Shown: in pieces, positions 28,101 to 39,600 of the stretch | Numbering within the stretch: position 1 is the stretch's first letter | Layout: each line of letters starts with the position of its first letter | Program-made: the position numbers and the translations under genes | NCBI GenBank assembly: GCA_964035545.1 | Contig: OZ037768.1 | Span: 23,903,319 to 23,967,318, forward strand | Length of the DNA stretch: 64,000 nt | Direction of reading: 5' to 3' | Source: Bugula neritina | Lineage: Eukaryota; Animalia; Bryozoa | The notes under the pieces: generated by a model | The model's input: only the letters and a program-made list of their open reading frames with translations | Databases searched by the model: none | Told to the model about the DNA's origin: nothing

Positions 28101-31100
28101 TATAGTAGTCTGTAAATAAGCAAATGAAGCCCCACAAAACCACAACTGTGTCCGTCCAATGGTTTATATTGAAGACTGGTCAAACAGCACATCTGAATAA
28201 TAGCAGCATATTGCTGCTAGACACGCTGCTGCTAGATTCTGCTGCTAGACACGCTGCTGCTGACGACTCAGATGTCATCTGTCCTCTCATTACAGATTCA
28301 CTTTACCTGCGCCAGCTATGCTGGTGACAGAGTGCTGTATGTTGGCTCTAGTATTGGAGTTGTCACAGCCTGGGATACTAAGAAGAATGTGTGTGTCTTA
28401 CACTGGGAGGCTGACAAATGTGAAATCAGTAAGTGATATCTTATGTGTATCAACCTTATTGGCTAATGGGTATCTGGATTACACAATCTTATTGGTCGCT
28501 GAGTTTTAGAACGATTGTATCTGTATGGTCACATGATTGATGATGTCATATTCCAGCCACGCTGATTTCAAAGAGAGGCCGCTTAGTCACCGGCTCTGCC
28601 GGTAAAAAGAACCTCAAATTATGGTCAGCCCCGGGAATGTCTGAGCTGATGTTACCAGGCAATACCTGTCCTAGAAACATTCCTAACATACAAGTTGATG
28701 ATGACATGGCTCTTGACGGCTTTGTGACGGCCATGATGTTTGACGATACACTTGATATGGTGAGAGTTCTGACTATGTGTAGTGTTGTACTGTGTATAGT
28801 ATTGTACTATGTGTAGTGTTGTACTGTGTATAGTGTTGTACTGTGTATAGTGTTGTACTGTGTGTAGTGTTGTACTGTGTATAGTGTTGTACTGTGTAGT
28901 AGTGTACTGTGTGTAGTGTTGTACTGTGTATAGTGTTGTACTGTGTGTAGTGTTGTACTGTGTATAGTGTACTGTGTGTAGTGTTGTACTGTGTATAGTG
29001 TTGTACTGTGTAGTGTTGTACTGTGTATAGTATTGTACTGTGTATAGTGTTGTACTGTGTGTAGTGTTGTACTGTGTATAGTATTGTACTGTGTATAGTG
29101 TTGTACTGTGTATGTTGTGCTCCGCAGGGGGTTGTGGGAACAGAATGTGGCTCTATATGGTACGTGAACTGGCAAGAGCACAGCAGTGTCCGACTAGTAA
29201 CCACTAATCCTAGTAACATAACCGCTGTGGAGTTTTCTACGGACGGCGACAAGTTCCTAACATGTGCAGAAGACGGGAGTCTAAGGCTATGGCTTACAGA
29301 AGACAGAGAGCAGATTCTGCAGTTTCAAGTTGTTGACCAGGTGAGTCGTGTGATTCACAATGAGTCATTCGAAAGTAGTGTGATTCATGATGGAAATAAT
29401 GTGTCATGTGACTTGTGAATGAACACAGTGAATCAGCAAACAAGAATTAACTAAAGAAATAATGTATTCTCTTAATAGTTAAATTGAATTCTTCTAGCTT
29501 TTAAGTGTTTGAGCTGAATGCTGCATGCATTCTACTAGGTTACAAAAAACTTTTGGAAGTATTTTGCTAATTGTACATTTACGTTTTTCTTTATTAAAAT
29601 TGTGTTTTTACTTATCATTTTGAGTTCGAGTTGCAACTAATTTAACTTGGAGGTAGGCAACTTCTAATGCTACAATTTCTCTACATATTGCAGAAAGGCA
29701 CAATATTTGTGATTCTAAGTCTACATTTTCTTTCAGAAGTGCCTGTGTGCGTCATTTGCTCCATGCTTGGAGCCCAGCAATGTTTACGGCGTTCAGAACC
29801 CAGCTACATTCACAGTTGACGGGAAGCGTTTAGCTTACTTATTTGTGGCAGCCGGGTATGGTGACGGTACACTGAGGGTATTTGACATCAACAAAGCTGA
29901 GATGGTGATAAAGATACAGCCACATAAAGCACCTGTCACTGCTGTCAAATATAGCTCAGGTTTGTTATGTTCAAAAGTTGTTAGCTCCTGTCAATATAGA
30001 GCACCTGTTACCCCTGTCACAGATATTAGACATGGTTTGTGTAAAACTTAGCTGTAAGTCTGCTTTTAGTGAAAAATTTTTGTAAAAAGAGTTGTGCTTT
30101 GTTTAAAGAGTCATAATATTTGCTACACTCAAGACTCACTCATTGAATGGGGTGTTTAGGTAAACATAGACATTTAATTCTCACTAACTGATGTAGTGAT
30201 TCGTTTGTAGCGGCCATCTTGATATCTGGTGATGATGATGGGTTCATAGCACTGACAAGCACCTTGACGGGGATGACTATCAGGATTATTAATGATCACA
30301 AAGGAGCGCCAATACACAACATTGACATCTCCAAGGTGAGAATAACAGGATGTGAAACTGTAGCCTCAGTACTGAAAATGAGCTATTAGTTACTTGATTA
30401 TGACCACATGCTATGCAGACGAAATTTGTTTATCAATATTCGGTTGCCCTGCGTTTCTATGGTGATGCAATCAGCTATATACGTTGTCATGTGGTAGTGG
30501 AAAGCAGCTGATGGAGCCATCACTTGGCTAGCATGCAGCGCTGACAGAAGGGTCAGCGTATGGACAGCCGATTGGTCGAAAGACAACTGTACTTTACTAG
30601 ACTGGCTGACTTTTCCTGCCCCGGCGTTTGGCCCTGATGGGCGAAGGAATACGAATATTGATGCTAAGGTGGGTGATGCCTACTAGCCAGTGTAAACTAG
30701 TAATATGTTTGATATCTTGGTTACTGTGTAATGTTGTTATAGAACAAAATAATTCTAGAATACACATAGTTTTTAGGATTATAAAAGTGAGCATTTCAAA
30801 ATGTTCATGTTGGGTGCACATGGTTGTGATAGATTCAAAGTGGAGATTTGCTATGTTTATGTGTTCCTGTATTAACTGATGTAACTGAAGCAGACGTGTG
30901 CATGTGTTGCAGACGTACTACTGTTCTCTGCCGCCTAGCATAGCCTTATTCTCTCCCAGTGAGAGAAATGTAGTTGTGTACACGGGCTACGGCATGACAA
31001 AGAGCATTCAGTTCTACGACCTGAAGACGACCTCCGTTACTCGCTCTATTCCTCTGACTCACTGGGCCATGTCTATGGATTTATCTCCCACGTCCTCTCT

Positions 31101-31870
31101 GATCTCCACCGGTATCAGCGGTAAGTTAGTTCTGTTACTGTATTTTATACTTTAGCTTGCAGTTCATGTAAAGTTAGACTACATTCTGATGCGTATAAAA
31201 TAGGGTGGTGTGGGATGCACCCTCAAAACCCTAATTAGCACCGAGTTTGTCAGTTTCTTCACAAGTGTGTCAGGTCTAGAGTGACTGTGGTTCAGTCAGA
31301 GTAGATTTCCAGTATGTAAAGTAGCTTAGTTATTAGATATTCTGATAGAGTATACATACACATTAAGTGGTTTATAGTGTATCTTAGTCAAAGCCTTTCC
31401 TCACAGTTATCCCTTTACCACTCGTGCATTACCAGACTATTAGTTCATTACTTACAGCTTAGGGCAAGTACACTATTTGGTAAAATACTGGCCAGAGAAT
31501 TTTTCTCAAAATGTAGCCAGAGAGGTTTAAGATGGCCCTATTTAAGTAACTATTTATTTCTACAATGCATACTCCAATTGAGCATTATCTCATCGAACAT
31601 TGATTGGCAAGATTCGAGAGCAATCCTTTATATTTTTGTCATCACCATAACAAAATATGGTAAAACAAATTATTAGCTAAAAGTATTGCTGATGATTGGT
31701 TGGCTTTACTTACAGAGCGACTCGTAAAAGTGGTGGACTACACTGAAGGTACGTTTCAAGATTATATCGGACACGATGATGCTATCAACATAATCAAATT
31801 TTCACGGGATGGCCGTAGAATCATATCTGTTGTGAACAAATGCATGAACTTGTGGGACGTGTTGGTATAA
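13144..31870 (+). CDS. WDR90: WD repeat-containing protein 90 (POC16; N-terminal CFAP20-like/DUF667 domain plus WD40 repeats), about 30 or more exons
   Basis: Exons 13144-13153, 13828-13919 (VWQHPYVNVFRHF...WKKSAKEGDV), 14293-14486 (NYIQLPKTGSQSLGLTGRYVY...HLDV) and from 14876 (ISFSNLFKEFKSTSTWLQFP) match the WDR90 N-terminus as I recall it. Later exons read PDPIIKLRKVIGFGG, QRFFIGHTDK, GYLRVWPLDF, YHTLMRSHT, GYNGNGRDN and DWLTFPAP. The last exon is 31716-31870 (RLVKVVDYTEGTFQDYIGHDD...stop). Confidence 0.95.
14476..14682 (+). repeat. 30-bp x7 array spanning a WDR90 donor
   Basis: tgataatcag|gt(g/a)a.acatgactcatact; GT at 14487 plus multiples of 30, up to 14667. Confidence 0.95.
15757..15909. 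repeat. ~76-bp intronic tandem duplication
   Basis: gcactagcaggcactgactaacacttg...gaatcatgtctg(t/c)ag, 2 copies. Confidence 0.9.
16054..16153 (+). repeat. 25-bp x4 array spanning a WDR90 donor
   Basis: aatatgacctaataag|gtatagtgg; functional GT at 16070, and copies 3-4 have lost the GT. Confidence 0.92.
17785..18548. repeat. 26-bp minisatellite (about 28 copies) upstream of a WDR90 acceptor
   Basis: acgtctgcttact(a/g)atcacttgatat. Confidence 0.97.
19024..19400. repeat. 12-bp repeat followed by (GTA)n-like microsatellite, WDR90 intron
   Basis: gttagttactta x3-4, then agtagtagt/agtact mosaics. Confidence 0.93.
20810..21122 (+). repeat. 48/42-bp x6 array spanning a WDR90 acceptor
   Basis: ttactattgtag|gtggtggtgttactataaatagcatatatg; AG ends at 20858, 20906, 20954, 21002, 21044 and 21092. 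Confidence 0.95.
21210..21538. repeat. 14-bp GT-rich satellite filling a whole WDR90 intron (21210-21544)
   Basis: tgtgtagtgtatac and variants. Confidence 0.95.
22785..22875. repeat. ~46-bp duplication just before a WDR90 acceptor
   Basis: gtgactaatacttgtacatatattacacagctctctatata, 2 copies. Confidence 0.88.
24677..24777. repeat. 15-bp pyrimidine-rich repeat abutting a WDR90 acceptor
   Basis: tactctacttcctgt, about 6 copies. Confidence 0.9.
26278..26880. repeat. 20-bp x30 minisatellite filling a WDR90 intron
   Basis: actcaca(c/t)agtctatattta. Confidence 0.97.
27476..27767 (+). repeat. 31-bp array (with 13-bp partial units) spanning a WDR90 acceptor
   Basis: gtatacttgtag|gtatctagtcactgtaggt; the functional exon starts at 27748 (R-YLVTVGDYSERKVNLW). 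Confidence 0.95.
28772..29112. repeat. 17-bp GT-rich satellite filling a WDR90 intron (28760-29127)
   Basis: gtgttgtactgtgtata and variants. Confidence 0.95.
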
Positions 31871-32845
31871 CTAATAGCTGGAGTGGTTGTGCAATCTGTG
31901 TGTGCATTAATATTGAGAATTTCCTGTCTGCTTCATTTACGAAAGTTCATTTTCAACTCGTAGATTACTTGCTTTCCTCTACTATTCACCTTTTTACTTT
32001 TTGGCTTCCATTGTAAATTTAGTGCCCTCTTCCAACTGCTTAAAGTTATGCTGCTTACTCAATGATATTCCAGGCATTATTATCGGCAATGCTCACACAA
32101 TTGTTTATTTAGTTAAATATTTATTTTGTATTCTGTATCATTTTGTATGGTAATTTAGATGTGACATTTTGTGACTGTGTGTATAGACTTATTCCTTAAT
32201 AAACTGTTGGATTGTCATAGTTTCATTATTTAGTTTATGTTTCACCATGATTTACGTATCTGTAATAATTTTTTTATTGCAAATTAGGACAAAAAATAAT
32301 TAACTCTGACAAGCTACAATATAAAATAATATACAACATAAATACAGCTATGTACAAGTTGTGATGTCATCAGTTATACGTATATTATACACAATCAGTT
32401 CAGGCATCCTTCAGTGGGTGAACAACTCCAAGCTGAGTTAAATTTAGGTCTTCTCTTTAACAACATTTTAGTGATGATATTCTGAATATTACAGAGGTAA
32501 CACTGCATGTTCACACCTGGATTATACTATTATATGTAGATTTTAGTCTATAAATATTTAAATATGTGCATTAGAAGTCCTAGTTTACTAGAACACTTGA
32601 TTGGGAGAATTTGCCAGAAATTTAGAGTAGTTGACACTGAATTTTGATGATGTCATGCTCACAGCAGATGATTCGACATTTTGAATCAGCAAATGGCGTT
32701 ACATGAACTGCATTCAAATTGATTAGATAGAATCAAGATATTTCTAGCATAATGTAAACAATATTAGACAATTCTGTTGAACAGAAATGAAAACCTGCAC
32801 CTACTGCTTCGTATAGAACAGCAGTAATTAAGCTGTGGACACGAG

Positions 32846-34229
32846 TTATTGAGGGGAGGACAACTCTGTAGTAGCAGATTTACTAGTAGTAGCATCTAAT
32901 GTCACTGAAGCAGCACTTGCTGGTGGTTTACTGCTGTCTTTGTTATTCTCATACTCAGCCAGTTCCTTCTGGTATCTCTCCTTGTCCTTCTCATACAAGT
33001 CATAGAATACCTGAAACACAGTAAGCTGAAGTAGAGACAACTCCTAAAATTTTTCCATTAAAATCATTAAAATAAAATTGAACTCAAATATTTTATGAAC
33101 AATGCATAAAATTTATATTTTATATTTTGAAATGTGGTAAGACTACATGTTCTATTTATCCCAATACACTACATTGTGTGTATTAGCTCTTGTACTATAC
33201 AATATAACACTACATGCAATAATATATTGTCCGTAGACCAAATTACTCCAGTTAGGCCAGAGAGTTGTCAGTACCTGCTTCTCATCTGTTGACAAGTTGT
33301 TCCACTGCTGCCCGACTATTCTAGTTAGCTCGTGGTTCCCAATATCTGCATTGTTCTCCTGCAACATTCAAAGGAAGTGTACAGACTAGAGTTTTAGTAT
33401 TAGAGCATAGTCACCAAGTTCTCAGACTAGCACACATCAAGTTCTGAGACTAGCACACATTAGGTTCTCAGACTAGCACACATTAGGTTTTCAGTCTAGT
33501 ACAGCTACTCACTTTATGATAGTTCTCCTGCACCGAGTGGCGATGGTGTTGGAAGAACATGACGTAGGCGTTCACGGGTTTTTTAGGTGCATTCGGGTCT
33601 TTAACTTCCACTTTTGATTTCTTCCTGGACTGTGATTGGCCCTCGGAGCTGTGATTTCCTTTACTCTTCTTAGTATTAGCCAATTGCTTGACAGCATTCA
33701 GTATGGCTTTGTTTCCCTTCAGAAGAAATAGACTATCAGTTGACATACAAGATTACTATTCTATTACATTACAGAATATAGTATAGCACAGTTCCCTCAC
33801 CTCCTGGGTCTCATATGGGAGCACTACCGGGGCCTCCCTGTAATTATCACCATGCTGATCTAGTCGGTTCATTAGAAATGTTCTCTCCTTCTTGTATTGT
33901 TTGAGAATCTTTCCAACAGAATAGAGCCGATGCAGCATTCGCTCATTCCGCTGCAACAGTTCAAACTATAGACTCAGCTCCTTAACACAGACATGTCATG
34001 ATAACTCATACTCAAACCATCAACTTGCAAATTTATCGTAATATAAAGCTTTACTTAGCCAAAAAAACCTTCTGTTAGGCTTGTAACATTTTCAAAAAGT
34101 CACCTGCTCTAATTTTTCGCACTGCTTCTTTATGCAGAAGTATCTTTTCTCATATGCTTCATTTTCCGCCTTGCTTATTCTCAGCTTCTTAGAATCTTTA
34201 GACTTCCCTCCTTTAGACTTGGTCTTCAT
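32846..34229 (-). CDS. TFPT: TFPT/Amida (INO80F)-like coiled-coil domain plus HMG-box protein, about 242 aa (Nhp10-like architecture)
   Basis: Exons 34229-34104, 33950-33801, 33716-33513, 33358-33275 and 33010-32846, all phase 0 GT-AG. YEKRYFCIKKQCEKLEQRNERMLHRL...KKERTFLMNRLDQHGDNY resembles the TFPT core. KDPNAPKKPVNAYVMF...IVGQQWNNLSTDEKQVFY...DKERYQKELAEY is a canonical HMG box. A probable non-coding first-exon donor lies near 35242. Confidence 0.8.
33380..33500. repeat. ~24-bp intronic repeat
   Basis: gttctcagactagcacacat(t/c)a, about 4 copies. Confidence 0.85.
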
Positions 34230-36149
34230 TATGTGATTCTTAGGCAACTCAATCAGGTCAATGTCTCACTCTGTTTAAATTTCACATTAAAACAAACTAC
34301 AAATATAGCAATAGCTGCTACAGATAATATATTATACTGGAAAAGTTAACGATAAAAGATTAAAATAACTTTGAGGTTGGCCTATATCCAGAAAACGTGC
34401 CGATATTATTTGCCTAAAAGTATTGGTATTTAAACAAAAAATTAAGAATGAACATATTTACTAGATGCAAATAACTTGATTTAAATCAACAAATTGTTTT
34501 TTCAAAAAAACATATTTACTTTTTATTTTAATATTAACTTTTAGCAATATGTGTTATAATATTTTAAGTAAAAATGGCACAAATGAAAAGTAGGTAAAAA
34601 TGGCAAGCTTTCAATATTAGGGTTTGCGGTGCAATATAGTTATTTTTTATCTTACTAATTTTGTGATGATGACAATGATACTCATTATTCACTGTCAGTA
34701 TCATACTGTGTTACCGGTTACCATTATTTATAGTTAATACTATACTATAGTGTACACACTTATACTTTTACTAAAAGTACAACCATTAGATTTTTTTTAT
34801 TATTATTTTATACAGTAGCGCAACTGGAGTTACACTCAAAGTCACTGTCAGTCTCAGTCACACTCAGCGTCACTGTCAGTGAGACTCCGACTAACTCATT
34901 CTCAGAGTGACTGGGTATCGGTATGAGCATGACACGCAGACTGAGTATCATCATCGGTATGAGCATGTCGTCTGACGATGCAATCACAATTATTAAATTT
35001 ATTGATATGATTAATGATCTACAACTACAATCACATTCACAAATGATAGTGACAATGGCAACCGCAATGTCAATGTGAAACTAAAAGTAAATGACTATCC
35101 AAGTCAAAGTGACTATGACAAAACGGAAATCCAAATTAAAGACAATTATCATTATGATTATAAATATATTATAAGTTGTATGCGTATATAGAAACTAAGT
35201 TAAAATTATTATTTAGTTTGTCAATACCAATGTTAGTACTACCTTTCTAAATTTAAGAAAAATGAAACAGGAGTACAACTAGAAGCTAGAAACTATAATT
35301 TTTATGGCAACTTTTAGAAGTGAAAAACATAAAAAATGGGATCGAAAGATAGCTATTTCTGAACTAGATATTTTCTCTTCGTGAGATAGAGGGGGTACGA
35401 CGCTGACTCTCTGAATATTCTCTTGTAAGCTTTGGTAGTCTATTTATACCCTTTGCTAGTAGAGTTGCATTATAAGCAGCACCAAGTTGGGAGTGATTGA
35501 GTGCAGTAGTTGGAGTCTCGAGTTTGAAGTCGGTTGTTTGAAAATCGGTGCAGACAAACGTTCCACTCAGCGTGTTCAATCTTGGTGCTGCTTCTACGGA
35601 TCCCCGCATAAATCGCTAACGCTATTAGTATTACTATTAGTAAGCAAAGCTCTGAAGTATAAAATTGATTAGCTGTCTCACACTTTAATATACATAACTC
35701 TGTAAGTGGAATAATAGAATTAATAATTATATTTTAGTGGCACTAGATATGGAAATAACGTTATGTAATAAAGAGCCAGCTTTTCTGAGTTCTCAGGCTG
35801 CTTATAAATACTCAGGCTTCACTATAATCTTCCTGGTTCACAGTCAAACTCAAACTGTGAGTGTGACTGAACCATAAAGATTATTGTGATAATAAAGTTG
35901 TTTATAATATTATATAATTGGAATATTTATACTTATACTAATCACTATTGTTGATTATCCTAATGATTTCAAGTATTACTTTAAGTTTATAATACTTAAA
36001 GTAACTATTTATAAACTGTAAACTTAAATACAGTTCTTTACACAATCACTGAATCAGTACTTAACATTATGGCCAATATGAATATTATATGGTTATCACA
36101 TATAAAGATATATTGTAATTATACAGTAATTTTTATTCATATATGTTGT

Positions 36150-36305
36150 ATCACTATCACTAATCAGTATCACTCTCACTAGCAGCATCTCTCTCACTAC
36201 TCAGTACCTCACTACTCTGTACTCAGTATCACTACTCAGTAACTCACTACTCAGTAACTCACTACTCAGTATCTCACTACTCAGTAACTCACTACTCACT
36301 CTCAC
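36150..36305. repeat. ~18-bp degenerate repeat upstream of the UNC79 start
   Basis: ctcactactcagtaa and variants. Confidence 0.8.
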
Positions 36306-36686
36306 TGGTTACTTTTACTGCTTTATGTTAGTATGAAACAACTTTATAGCAGCATTCTGCAGTTGTATATTTCCTGCAAAAGTCATAACATATATAATTT
36401 TTCCTAATAACTGCATTAACCAGAAATCAACAAATATGTTACAAGTTTCTTATACTGTATAAAATATAAATGCTTCACAATCTAAGTAGTTGTCAGCACC
36501 TGTAGCTCTCTAGTAAACATTAGTTTACTCTGTATCTCAGTTGTCAGTGTATAACATAAGAATATAATGAAGGTGATTAGTTTATGCTGTTTATTGATTT
36601 CTGACTGCTTCATAATTACTCTAGAGATAGCGCTTGCTGTGAGTAGAGTAAGCTTCAAGTAGCTAAGTGCTGGACGCCAGCTAGTC

Positions 36687-39600
36687 ATGGCTACCAAAGA
36701 CCTTACTTGTAAGTACACTCTTCTACTGTGTTGTTATACTTTAACTTGACAGATGTATTTCATTCTTGTGGTATTTAACATTCAATTTTGTTAATACAAA
36801 GTTTTAATAGTTGGCATTAAATTGAATGTTTTGTGTAACAGTTTTTCTGCAACTTAACAAGCATGCTAAAATTTCTTTTAGATGAGGGGGAACTTAATTT
36901 CCTTGTATGGGCAATGCCGTGTTTTGTTATTTTTTCCAAAAAAGTTGTACTTTAGAAGAGAAATAATTGGAAATGTTGTAATAGCCAAGGGCCGTTTTCC
37001 AGCCTTCTGTTAGCTGCTAGGTTTCAGAGAATTATTGCATTTCCACCTGATTCGTGATGGCTCTATAGTTTTCATGTTGTCAACAAAATATTTTATGGAA
37101 TTGCCTTCCCTTTTCAATTGTATGCCATATTCAATATATAGACAGTAACATGCCTGAACTGTTACCATATTATATACTCTTTTCTGGATTTTCCCAATTC
37201 TTCAGATCAAAATTAAGTTCTTGTGTCTTTTGTACCTCATATTATATTTAATAGCAAATCAAGAATTGTGTGGTTTCTTGTAGTTTCTTCAAAGATAAAG
37301 ATTTTAGGAGGTCATGTGGTTCAGCTTACATCGCCCAATCACTGCCTGCCAGCTGGCACTGATGTTACAAACACTCTCAAATACTTCACCAATACTTTGA
37401 TCAAGTTAGTATACCTATGTCTATGTTATTCTTCCATCTAGTTACTATATCTATGTCTGTGTTACTATATCATCAAGTTAGTATACCTATGTCTATGTTA
37501 CTATATCATCAAGTTAGTATACCTATGTCTATGGTTATTCCGCAGCATACTAAAGGAAGCCCCTGGTATTGATGGAGAACGGTTTTACGGTGCAAAGTAT
37601 GCAAAGTCTAGTCTGAGAATAACCTTGTTTCCTACACTGAGTTACTCTAATCTGTATCGGGTGGTGTGTGACCTGCTCCCCGTGGTGCATCTTGTCACCA
37701 CCAACCAGCAAGGTAGGCTGCTGCATTGTCCAGAACGGCAAAATGATGAAGTAATGAAAGAATGTTTGAACTGAACATAACAAACTGTATACAGTTGAAC
37801 TGGGATTGATGCTGGGGACACTGTGACTATTTAATAACAATTGTTTGACTCTTCTGTTAACTGCTCTAAAAAAATTGTTGAAATCTTCACTTATCAAATA
37901 TAACTAGCAAAGGATTTTTCTCATATTTACATGCTAGTTTTAGTCACAGCAGAGTGCGTGTGACTTGCTGCTGTGACTCACTACTGTGACTCACTTCTGT
38001 GACTTACTCATGTGACATCTACTTGTTAGCGCTGATGGAGACTCTCCTCCATCTTATATCCTGTCTCACTCCCTTTCTGACGTGGGAGGAGCTAATGGAG
38101 TTCCCTTACCATGTGGCTCTGATGATTCCCACGACAGACCCCGCCTACTACTCCAGCATAATCCGTATACTCTGCGTCTACCTCCTCCCCAACGCTCTAG
38201 GTACTGCCTTGTTATACTATATACTAAACTGTAGGTAGAGGTGTACCATTCTGTATAAACTGTAGGTAGAGGTGTACCAGTCTATATAAACTGTAGGTAG
38301 AGGTGTACCAGTCGATATAAACTGTAGGTAGAGGTGTACCAGTCGATATAAACTGTAGGTAGAGGTGTACCAGTCTATATAAACTGTAGGTAGAGGTGTA
38401 CCAGTTTATATAAACTGTAGGTAGAGGTGTACCAGTCTATATAAACTGTAGGTAGAGGTGTACCAGTTTGTATAAACTGTAGGTAGAGGTGTACCAGTCT
38501 GTATAAACTGTAAGTAGAGGTGTACCAGTCTATATAAACTGTAGGTAGAGGTGTACCAGTCTATATAAACTGTAGGTAGAGGTGTACCAGTCTATATAAA
38601 CTGTAGGTAGAGGTGTACCAGTCTGTATAAACTGTAGGTAGAGGTGTACCAGTCTATATAAACTGTAGGTAGAGGTGTACCAGTCTGTATAAACTGTAGG
38701 TAGAGGTGTACCAGTCTGTATAAACTGTAGGTAGAGGTGTACCAGTCTGTATAAACTGTAGGTAGAGGTGTACCAGTCTGTATAAACTGTAGGTAGAGGT
38801 GTACCAGTCTATATAAACTGTAGGTAGAGGTGTACCAGTCTATATAAACTGTAGGTAGAGGTGTACCAGTCTGTATAAACTGTAGGTAGAGGTGTACCAG
38901 TCTATATAAACTGTAGGTAGAGGTGTACCAGTCTATATAAACTGTAGGTAGAGGTGTTGATGATAACATAGTAGCACAAGAATCTGTATCCGGAATACTC
39001 ATGCTAATACTCCAACACTGTGATGACCCACAGCTACACTCTATGGCCGTAGAATCTCTTCTCCCTCTCAGAGATCATTTATACAGAGATCTCTTCACCG
39101 TAATCTCTTACGGGCCTCCAAACACAAAGATGCCGGCTGCGACCCTGCTCTTTCACTATTGGCCGCAGCTGCAGTCGCTGCTGGGCCGCTACAAGCATAT
39201 TAAACCAGCGTACGTTGTGAAACCTTGGGAAGTTCCCCTCTGCCAAAGACTGAGGTGCATCAACAAGATCTCTCGGTCTCTTGCTTCAAAGGTAAGAAAA
39301 CACAAAATATATAGTCTATGATATTTAAGTGTTATGGTGGCTTTTATGAATGCTTAGTGTACTATTGCTGTAGTGTTATTTGCATGGGAAAACAGTGTAA
39401 TATAACAAACAGTGTAATATAACAAATTTATCTGATAAAACAACAAAATTTTAGTCATCAGAATAAATAATAAAAATAGAGAAAGTTGAAAAGCTAACTT
39501 CTCAAGTAAATGCTAACAGAGTATAATAAGTTGACGAGGAGTTACTCTCTCTCAATCTCCTGTCTGTTGCAGATGTGCACTCACCCCAACATGTGTGCCG

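Noticed and set aside
35364-35672. Short ORFs between the divergent TFPT-like and UNC79 genes
   Set aside because: No recognisable motifs; probably promoter or 5' UTR sequence.
38592-39002. Antisense repeat ORFs (also 14389-14682, 20800-21132, 28773-29252 and 56381-56764)
   Set aside because: Periodic translations of the tandem arrays with no independent coding signal.
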